Positions 56,712-64,000 of a stretch of DNA of 64,000 nucleotides are shown here, piece by piece. Numbering within the stretch: the first letter of the stretch is position 1; each line of letters starts with the position of its first letter. The position numbers and the translations under genes are program-made. Origin of the DNA: Promethearchaeota archaeon (GTDB lineage Archaea; Asgardarchaeota; Lokiarchaeia; Sigyniarchaeales; SOKP01); contig JBHLOI010000006.1 of assembly GCA_048940645.1 (NCBI GenBank), positions 1 to 64,000 on the forward strand, given 5' to 3'. The notes below the pieces were generated by a model. It saw only the letters and a list, made by a program, of their open reading frames with translations, made no database searches and had not been told where the DNA came from.

Positions 56712-59498
56712 ATGGTTGAATACGATCCCCCCAAAATTGAGAAAAAATGGCAAGAAAAGTGGGAAAAGAGTAAAATATTTGAGGTTAAGGAAGATTTAGC
56801 TAAAAAAAGCCTAAAATATTATGTTCTTGAAATGTATCCGTATCCATCATCTGAATTACATATGGGACATTTAAGAAATTATTCTATTGGGGATGCTTTT
56901 GCGCGTTATAAGAGAATGTGTGGCTTTAACGTTTTGTATCCTATGGGATACGATTCTTTTGGCTTACCAGCTGAAAATGCTGCCATAGATCATGGAGTAG
57001 ATCCTAGAGAATGGACTGATTCGAATATTAATGCTATTCAACAACAACAAAAACGTATAGGACTTTCATATGACTGGACGAGGATGATTTATAGCCATGA
57101 TCCAAATTATTTTAAGTGGGACCAATGGTTTTTTTTAAAAATGTTTGAAAAAGGTTTAGCATATAGAGAAAAATCTTATGTAAATTGGTGTCCTGATTGT
57201 GCTACAGTGCTTGCTAACGAGCAAGTTCAAGGAGGAAAATGTTGGAGATGTAATACAGATGTCGATCAAAAGTTTCTCACTCAATGGTTTTTAAAAATAA
57301 GAGCTTATGCGGAGCAATTACTCGAGGGTTTGAATATAGTTGATTGGCCAGAAAAAGTGAAATTAATGCAATCTAATTGGATTGGAAAATCAGAAGGGTC
57401 AATTATTAAATTTACAATAGAAGGAGAAGAACGCACTATTGATATTTTTACAACTAGAGCAGATACATTATTCGGTGCTACATTTATGGTCTTCGCACCT
57501 GAACATCCATGGATTAGAGAATGGGTAGAAAACACTGATTATTTTGAAGAATTTGAGCAATTTTATGCAGAAGTAGCAAAACAGAATAAATTTGAAAGAA
57601 CTGATATTGATATTGAAAAAAAAGGGATGTTTATTGGTAAGTATGCTTTAAATCCAATAAATAATGAAAAGCTGCCTATTTATATTGGAAATTTTGTCAT
57701 CTATGAATATGGTGCTGGTGCAGTCATGGCTGTTCCTGCCCATGATCAAAGAGATTTCGAATTTGCTAAAGAATATAATATTCCAATCAAAGTAGTGATT
57801 CAACCATACGATTATAAATTAACTCCTGAAAAGATGACTAGAGCTTATGTAAGTGATGGAATTTTATTTAATTCTGGTGAGTTTAATGGTATGGAAAATA
57901 GAAATGCAATAAATGCTATTACTGAAAAATTAGCTCAATTAGAAATGGGTTTTAATACTATTAATTATAAATTAAGAGACTGGCTAATTTCACGTCAGAG
58001 ATACTGGGGTTGCCCAATACCTATTATTTATTGTGAAAACTGCGGAACTGTTCCTGTACCTTATGAAGCTTTACCCGTCAAACTGCCAACAGACGTTAAA
58101 TTTACAGGTAAAGGAAATCCATTGAAAACAAGTAAAATTTATGCTAATGTGAACTGTCCTAAATGTAATAAACCCGCTAAGAGAGAAACTGATACAATGG
58201 ACACATTTATTGATAGTTCATGGTACTTCTTTAGATATTGCGACCCTGAATCAAAAGATCTCCCATATAGAAAAAACCTTGTAGATTATTGGGGTAATAT
58301 TGATCAATATATTGGTGGAATAGAACATGCAGTTATGCATTTATTATATGCTAGATTTTTTACTAAAGTTGCACGAGACTTAAATTTGCACTCTCTTGAT
58401 GAACCCTTTCAAAGATTATTAACTCAAGGTATGATCAATAAACTACACCCATATTGTCCAATGTGCGAAGCATTTGCAATGAAAGCAGATATGAATAATA
58501 AAGAATGTAAACGATGTGGTACAAAATATATATTAAAAAGTGTAAAAATGAGTAAAAGTCTGGGAAATACCGTAGATCCTATCAGTATAATGGATAAATA
58601 TGGTGCTGATGCAGCAAGATTCTTTATATTATTTGGTGCTAGTCCAAAGTCAGGACTAGAATGGTCAGATGAAGGTGTTGATTTTGCATTTAAATTTATT
58701 AAGAAGTTTTTCACATTAATGTGTGAACCCCTAGACAAAATTAGAAAAGAGAGAAATATAAGAGACATTCTAATTGAATATTATTTAAATAAGACCATTA
58801 AAAGTGTTACTGAAAGCTTAAGCAAAATTGCGATAAGGGATTCTATTAATGAAATTATTCAACTTACATCAGAATTGAATAAATATAAACTTGAAGGAGT
58901 AAACAAAAAGATTTTTGAAATCTGCAAAACTAATTTAGTAAAATTATTACATCCAATTGCTCCTCATATCTCTGAGGAGATATGGGAGATTTTAGGAAAT
59001 AAAAGTTTTTTAAGCTTAACAACATGGCCCTCATACGATGAAAATATTTTAACTGTTGAAAATGACTATAAATGGAAACTTCTAAATAATACAATGGATT
59101 CAGTGAATCATATTTTGCATATTATCAAGTTAAATAACATTAAAGAGATATCAATTATCGTCGCTGAAGATTGGAAGCATAGTTTAATTTCAGATTTACT
59201 AGAATTAATTGAAAATATGGAAAATCATAACCAAATCATAAAAAAAATAATAAAAAATGAAGATTATAAGAAATATGGTAAATTCATCTCCAAGATAGTA
59301 GAAAACGCATTAAAAAATCGTGGTAAATATATGAGATCAACCCTATCTGCTGATGAAGAATATAATTTTTTTACCGATATAAAGTCGTTATTTGAAAAAA
59401 AATATCTCTGCCCCATTAATGTATTGCATGAAAGAGATTCACATGAAAAAAAGGCAATTCAAGCTTTACCTGGAAGACCTGCTATTATTTTAAAATAA
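56712..59498 (+). CDS. leuS: Leucine--tRNA ligase (bacterial-type core)
   Basis: EMYPYPS..HMGH, FTTRADT, RDWLISRQRYWG, YIGGIEHAVMHLLYARF and KMSKS. Confidence 0.97.
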   Translation: MVEYDPPKIEKKWQEKWEKSKIFEVKEDLAKKSLKYYVLEMYPYPSSELHMGHLRNYSIGDAFARYKRMCGFNVLYPMGYDSFGLPAENAAIDHGVDPREWTDSNINAIQQQQKRIGLSYDWTRMIYSHDPNYFKWDQWFFLKMFEKGLAYREKSYVNWCPDCATVLANEQVQGGKCWRCNTDVDQKFLTQWFLKIRAYAEQLLEGLNIVDWPEKVKLMQSNWIGKSEGSIIKFTIEGEERTIDIFTTRADTLFGATFMVFAPEHPWIREWVENTDYFEEFEQFYAEVAKQNKFERTDIDIEKKGMFIGKYALNPINNEKLPIYIGNFVIYEYGAGAVMAVPAHDQRDFEFAKEYNIPIKVVIQPYDYKLTPEKMTRAYVSDGILFNSGEFNGMENRNAINAITEKLAQLEMGFNTINYKLRDWLISRQRYWGCPIPIIYCENCGTVPVPYEALPVKLPTDVKFTGKGNPLKTSKIYANVNCPKCNKPAKRETDTMDTFIDSSWYFFRYCDPESKDLPYRKNLVDYWGNIDQYIGGIEHAVMHLLYARFFTKVARDLNLHSLDEPFQRLLTQGMINKLHPYCPMCEAFAMKADMNNKECKRCGTKYILKSVKMSKSLGNTVDPISIMDKYGADAARFFILFGASPKSGLEWSDEGVDFAFKFIKKFFTLMCEPLDKIRKERNIRDILIEYYLNKTIKSVTESLSKIAIRDSINEIIQLTSELNKYKLEGVNKKIFEICKTNLVKLLHPIAPHISEEIWEILGNKSFLSLTTWPSYDENILTVENDYKWKLLNNTMDSVNHILHIIKLNNIKEISIIVAEDWKHSLISDLLELIENMENHNQIIKKIIKNEDYKKYGKFISKIVENALKNRGKYMRSTLSADEEYNFFTDIKSLFEKKYLCPINVLHERDSHEKKAIQALPGRPAIILK

Positions 59499-59659
59499 GA
59501 AAATTAGTATATCAAAAGAAAAAAATATTTAAAATTCTTTTGTTTCACCAATTATCACATAGATATTAACTCAATTAATTTAAATATTTATACTTAAATC
59601 ATTATTAGTAGATATACCATAAATTAATTGATGAAAACTTATTATTAAAATCAACAATT

Positions 59660-60517
59660 ATGACCTTTTATGAACTTTCAGTTATAACTAATACGGGATT
59701 TCCTTATTACCACTTAAAGGTGAAAGATCCACCGAAAAATGTAACACTATTTTTAAGATTTTTTGATTTTTCCGAAAACAAATCAGAGCAAGTCTTAAAT
59801 TTAGACCCTCTCAGTTCTTTTGAACTTAATGCGGGTCTTGCTTCTGCCTTATTTGAATTTGCGCGTAATTTAGATAAAAAAATAGAAATTCTTGAATTTA
59901 ATTCAAATAAAAAAGCTAATTATTCTAATGAAGATTCAAAATATAATGGAGATGTATTGATAACTACTCAAACAGAACCTTATTTGTTACATAAATCAGT
60001 TCGTCAAAAAATAAAGCTAATTTACAATTTAATTATAGGAGACAAAGTTCCTCTTGACTCAGCATTAGAAATTTTACAAAATGAGGAAGATCTGATTCTT
60101 GATATATTAATGGATAAAGAAGCAAGAAATCGAATTCAGGCTAATAATAAAGAAATATCAAAGCTAGGAAATGATCTACTCAGTGAAATGAAAGGTTACG
60201 GTCTTAATGGAATATGTATTACTTCATTTGATTTATCACCAATTATTGTATTTGGAAAAAAATATACTTTGAATGATCTTAACACAATTCTTAGGCATAT
60301 AGGAATTTTTCCTGAAATATCTCCTATGGAATGGATCTATAGGCAGTCTTATCTTTCACAAGAGCAAATATGGGTTTACATTATTAAGTCAGGAGTAGGA
60401 CCAACAGTTAATGGGCTGTTTGAATCATATTTTTATCTCTTATTCTCTGAACCCCAATCATACTTAGGAGAATTTCCTGGAACATTAGCCACAAAATTTA
60501 ATCAAATACTTGGATAA
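59660..60517 (+). CDS. Longin/roadblock-like two-domain protein
   Basis: FYELSVITNTGFPYY..NAGLASALFEFA longin-like pattern; second unit GICITSFDLSPII. Confidence 0.5.
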   Translation: MTFYELSVITNTGFPYYHLKVKDPPKNVTLFLRFFDFSENKSEQVLNLDPLSSFELNAGLASALFEFARNLDKKIEILEFNSNKKANYSNEDSKYNGDVLITTQTEPYLLHKSVRQKIKLIYNLIIGDKVPLDSALEILQNEEDLILDILMDKEARNRIQANNKEISKLGNDLLSEMKGYGLNGICITSFDLSPIIVFGKKYTLNDLNTILRHIGIFPEISPMEWIYRQSYLSQEQIWVYIIKSGVGPTVNGLFESYFYLLFSEPQSYLGEFPGTLATKFNQILG

Positions 60518-60531
60518 ATTTTATAAAACTT

Positions 60532-61311
60532 CTAATTTAAAGTTGCTTGTGCTGCTTTTATTATTTCAAATAAGGAATCTGCTTGTAGAGAAGCGCCTCC
60601 TACTAGCCCTCCATCAATATTCTCTTTTCTAAATAAATCTTCAGCATTATTTGGTTTTATTGAACCACCATATTGGATTCTTACACTTTGAGCTGTATCT
60701 TTATCATAATAGGTATCTAATAATTCACGAATGTAGAGATGTATCTCTTCAGCCTGCTCTGGTGTGGCTGTTCTACCTGTTCCTATTGCCCAAATTGGTT
60801 CGTAAGCAATTATTGTTTTTCTTATTTCTAGTTTAGTTAGATCCTTAAATGTATTCCTGAATTGATTAAGAATAATTTCTTTAGTTCTACCAGCTTCTCT
60901 ATCTTCAAGGTGTTCTCCTATACATACTATTGGATTTAAACTCACGGATAAAGCTTTTTTCAACTTTTTATTTATTAATTCATCAGTCTCTTGAAAAATA
61001 TCCCTCCTTTCACTATGTCCCAGTATAACATATTCGCAACCAATATTTTTAATGAATATAGGAGAAATTTCTCCTGTAAAAGCTCCTTTTTCTTCAAAAT
61101 ACATATTTTGAGCTCCAACCTTTATTTGTGTCTTTTTAAGAGTATTAAAAATTGTATTTAAAACTGTATATGGCGGAAAGATAATAATTTCAACTGAGGT
61201 TTTCTTTTTTAGATAGGATTTAAGGTCTTGAATCATTTTTAAAGCTTCTTTAGGCGTTCCTCGATTCATTTTCCAATTTGCACCAATAACTGGTTTTCTC
61301 ATCAAATTCAC
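60532..61311 (-). CDS. tpiA: Triosephosphate isomerase (bacterial/eukaryal type)
   Basis: ANWKMN, GAFTGEIS, GHSERR, AYEPIWAIGTG, YGGS and LVGGASL. Confidence 0.97.
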   Translation of the reverse strand: MNLMRKPVIGANWKMNRGTPKEALKMIQDLKSYLKKKTSVEIIIFPPYTVLNTIFNTLKKTQIKVGAQNMYFEEKGAFTGEISPIFIKNIGCEYVILGHSERRDIFQETDELINKKLKKALSVSLNPIVCIGEHLEDREAGRTKEIILNQFRNTFKDLTKLEIRKTIIAYEPIWAIGTGRTATPEQAEEIHLYIRELLDTYYDKDTAQSVRIQYGGSIKPNNAEDLFRKENIDGGLVGGASLQADSLFEIIKAAQATLN

Positions 61312-61434
61312 TTCTTTAATGATTATTAATTTTAAATAAATCTATCTTCAATCTAATTTCAATTTTAAGAAGGATTATAATGTTAAAGATTCTAAAAAAT
61401 AAAATTGTTTTTAAAAAGAGTATCAAAAGAAAAA

Positions 61435-61938
61435 TTAATCTTCTTTCTTAAGTTTTTCAGCTAATTTTGTTGTTTCTAAAAGTTTTTGTACTTCATTAAC
61501 ATCAGGAGTCAAAACTTTTGGTAAACCAAGTTGATCTCTCCTTCTTTCTATCGCTGGTTGCATCGGGATTGCTTTTCCATTTTCCAAAATTGTTGAAGCC
61601 TGAGTAGTATAGTAATCAGGAGCTTCTCCCCGATCAACGCTCATATTTTTTAGAATAGTAAAGATTTCAGTAAGTTCAACCTTTTGAGGGCAAACCTCAT
61701 CACAGGTATCACAAACTGTGCATCCCCAGATATTAAATGCGTTTTCCTTACCAAAAATCTTTTCTTTTAGCCCAAGGAGAGCATCTAAAATCAATCTTCT
61801 TGGATTATAACGTCCATTAGTGACTTGTGCTACCGGACATGCTCCACTGCAAGTAGCACACTGATAACAATAAGCAAGCGTACTCCCAATATCAGATTGG
61901 ATGATTTGGTTTCTAAAATCAAAATCTATTGTTGCCAT
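61435..61938 (-). CDS. hdrC: Heterodisulfide reductase subunit C-like 2x[4Fe-4S] protein
   Basis: CYQCATCSGACP, YNPRRLI and WGCTVCDTCDEVCP. Confidence 0.85.
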   Translation of the reverse strand: MATIDFDFRNQIIQSDIGSTLAYCYQCATCSGACPVAQVTNGRYNPRRLILDALLGLKEKIFGKENAFNIWGCTVCDTCDEVCPQKVELTEIFTILKNMSVDRGEAPDYYTTQASTILENGKAIPMQPAIERRRDQLGLPKVLTPDVNEVQKLLETTKLAEKLKKED

Positions 61939-62131
61939 TTTAATTATATGAGATTTACTTAAACTTATATATTAATAACTCTCATTCTATTTTAAAATTA
62001 ATTCTTTTATTTTTCAATCAAAATCATTTTAAAAAAGATATTTTAAACATTTTTAATGAAATTAATAAGGTTTATAAGAGGTAGGTAAAAAAAAGATAAA
62101 ATCAATTTTTTAAATATATTTTTATGAAAAA

Positions 62132-62488
62132 TTAAATTTTCGCTATAATACTTTTTAAAACATTCTCTCCGGCAGCTCCTATCATTATTCCATCTATTAC
62201 TGAAGCTTGACCTGGAATCTCAATAGTACCGTCAACCATTTTGCCATCTTTAAAAAATAAAAGCGTTGGGATAGCTGTCACACCAAACCTTTCACCTAGA
62301 GGTCTATTTTGTTCTAAATCTACAGTTAGTAATTTTATAAGCCCCTCTTCCTTGAGCTTTTCTAAGATTGGACTTAAAAATTTGCAGGGATTACACCAAA
62401 CCGTATAAATATCACATATTAAGACCCCTTCCTTCATATCCTCAGTAATATCGAGTCCATAATTTTTTAGTTCTTCGATATTAGTCAT
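62132..62488 (-). CDS. Thioredoxin
   Basis: WCNPC active site and cis-Pro motif AIPTLLFFKDG. Confidence 0.9.
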   Translation of the reverse strand: MTNIEELKNYGLDITEDMKEGVLICDIYTVWCNPCKFLSPILEKLKEEGLIKLLTVDLEQNRPLGERFGVTAIPTLLFFKDGKMVDGTIEIPGQASVIDGIMIGAAGENVLKSIIAKI

Positions 62489-62759
62489 ATAATCTCAACC
62501 TTTAATATTTACAAATTTTGCTAAAGTTAATTTTAATAATGTACGAAATAATAAATTATTTTGGTTAATATTGATAGGAATAATTAATTTGAGTTTATAT
62601 TAGTTTCATTTATAAAAAATCAAGGAGCTAACAAGAAAAGTTATGAATTTCTTCTCATAACAAATCTCTTTTGTATAATTAAAATCTCATCTATTTAAAA
62701 TTCGAATTTGTATCATAAATGTTAAATTAGATTATCCTTTTTCAATTATTATTTAAATT

Positions 62760-63293
62760 TTGATTTTTCTGAGTGAATTAATGATGAGTTATACAAGGAA
62801 AGATTTAGTACAATCAGATGCTACTATGAATCAAATGCGTAATGCAATTTATCACCTTGAACGTTTTATGAAGAATAATAGTATTTCTGAAATTAAACAA
62901 AGATTTCATAGAATGGGTCAAAATATTGCTAATACCTACATTAAACATTGGAAACCCATTGATAAGGTAGATATTACAAATATAAAGAGTGTTCTCGCTA
63001 CTATTTATAAAAATATCTTAAATAGCTCAGTTTCAATTGAGATCAATGATTATGAAAAACTTATTATAATAAGAGATAGTGATTGCCCTCTATGTAAATA
63101 TCATTTTGAAGATATTCAAGTAGCTGGATGTGAAATTATAGCAGCAATGGTAATCGAACTTGTTTCATTGATAAATAAACAAGCAACTAATAATTCTTCA
63201 TTCTCTATTCATCCTATTGAAATTAAAGAATCACGTACTTTTGGTAATAAATCATGTATTCAACTATTTAAGTATGATAACGGAGGAGAATAA
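62760..63293 (+). CDS. V4R/TRAPP-Bet3-like domain protein
   Basis: HRMGQNIA helix, DCPLC, AGCEII and ESRTFGNKSC. Confidence 0.65.
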   Translation: MIFLSELMMSYTRKDLVQSDATMNQMRNAIYHLERFMKNNSISEIKQRFHRMGQNIANTYIKHWKPIDKVDITNIKSVLATIYKNILNSSVSIEINDYEKLIIIRDSDCPLCKYHFEDIQVAGCEIIAAMVIELVSLINKQATNNSSFSIHPIEIKESRTFGNKSCIQLFKYDNGGE

Positions 63294-63294
63294 G

Positions 63295-64000
63295 ATGGGT
63301 GTTGTTCAATGGTTATTAAAAAAGATTACAAAAGTTTTTGGTCGTAGTACTAATTCTCTTTTCTATACACTTCTTTATCGTGAAATTCTCAAAGAGATTA
63401 ATGAAATTACTGAGAATGAACAAGATAGTTTAATCATTTTAAGAGAAGTTGGTAAAAATGCTGCTTTAGAATCATGTGAGCGCCATTCAGGTATATTTAG
63501 GTGGATGCCTGGCAATCCTAAAAAAGTTCTTGAATACTTTGAACTATTATGGGTGGTCGTATTTGGAAAGGAGATTGCAGAAGGAGATTTAACACATGAA
63601 GAAATACCTAAGAAGGATTCAAAATATAATGATTATATAATCACAATTAAGAATTGTCCAATTTGCGCTGGTTATGGACTAGATGAGAAAGACACTTTTA
63701 ACTTTCAAAAAATAAAGAATCAGGAAACTGAAGGATTAGCTTGCGGCTTATGTGGAATGCTGGAAAGTGTAGCCAACTTTATTCTTAAAATAAAGAGAAA
63801 TGATTATCGAATTAACATAGTAGAGCAAAAATGTAAGGCAAAAGGAGATGAATCTCTTCAGTTTATATGTAAAATTTATGATCTTGCTGAATGGAAGGAA
63901 ATCACTGCGATTCAAATACAAAATCAATTAAAATCTAGTGTATTTCTTGAAGAAAGAATGGAAGAGGACCTTATTCAAGAGACAAAATTAGATATTATAG
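63295..64000 (+). CDS. V4R/TRAPP-Bet3-like domain protein (3'-truncated; absent from the ORF track)
   Basis: ATG 63295 (MGVVQWLLKK...) open to the window end; LREVGKNAA, LWVVVFGK, NCPICAG, CGLCGMLE and EQKCKAKGD. Confidence 0.72.
   Translation, partial: MGVVQWLLKKITKVFGRSTNSLFYTLLYREILKEINEITENEQDSLIILREVGKNAALESCERHSGIFRWMPGNPKKVLEYFELLWVVVFGKEIAEGDLTHEEIPKKDSKYNDYIITIKNCPICAGYGLDEKDTFNFQKIKNQETEGLACGLCGMLESVANFILKIKRNDYRINIVEQKCKAKGDESLQFICKIYDLAEWKEITAIQIQNQLKSSVFLEERMEEDLIQETKLDII

Noticed and set aside
778-60836. Many short ORFs (60-132 aa) in the track that overlap long genes, mostly antisense (e.g. 7009-7407, 21630-21950, 53120-53464, 58424-58768)
   Set aside because: They are shadows of well-supported genes and carry no recognisable motifs.
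1-64000. CRISPR arrays, IS elements, rRNA, selenoprotein UGA read-through
   Set aside because: No spaced direct repeats, transposase motifs or rRNA-like tracts were seen, and no gene appears truncated at a TGA aligned to a catalytic Cys.

Overview
AT-rich archaeal chromosomal segment, most consistent with an Asgard archaeon of the Lokiarchaeia type. That placement is inferred from archaeal MCM, GINS, Topo VI and SMC-ScpAB together with a Rab-like GTPase, longin/roadblock-like proteins and Bet3/V4R-like proteins. Housekeeping content: the 3' end of smc, scpA, scpB, valS, tRNA-Ala(CGC), coaBC, top6B/top6A, pyrE, gins23, mcm, leuS, tpiA, hdrC and thioredoxin, plus a co-oriented lipS2-lipoate ligase-lipS1-cofE/fbiB-cofD cofactor block. 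Best candidates for undescribed biology: (i) a 1277-aa TPR/SNAP-solenoid-nitrilase fusion splitting smc from scpAB; (ii) a MoxR(Walker B D->N)-vWA-SWIM triad whose vWA protein starts with a copy of the AAA lid; (iii) a 7-gene surface/membrane MoxR cluster built around a catalytically dead transglutaminase with Ig-like repeats; (iv) a polyproline/coiled-coil/Zn-ribbon protein; (v) a double-length Top6B; (vi) a polytopic membrane-HEAT solenoid between gins23 and mcm; (vii) tandem Bet3/V4R-like genes; (viii) apparent ATT/ATA initiation behind GGTGA boxes. No CRISPR array, transposase, integrase or rRNA was seen. All family calls come from motif recognition by eye; no database searches were run.
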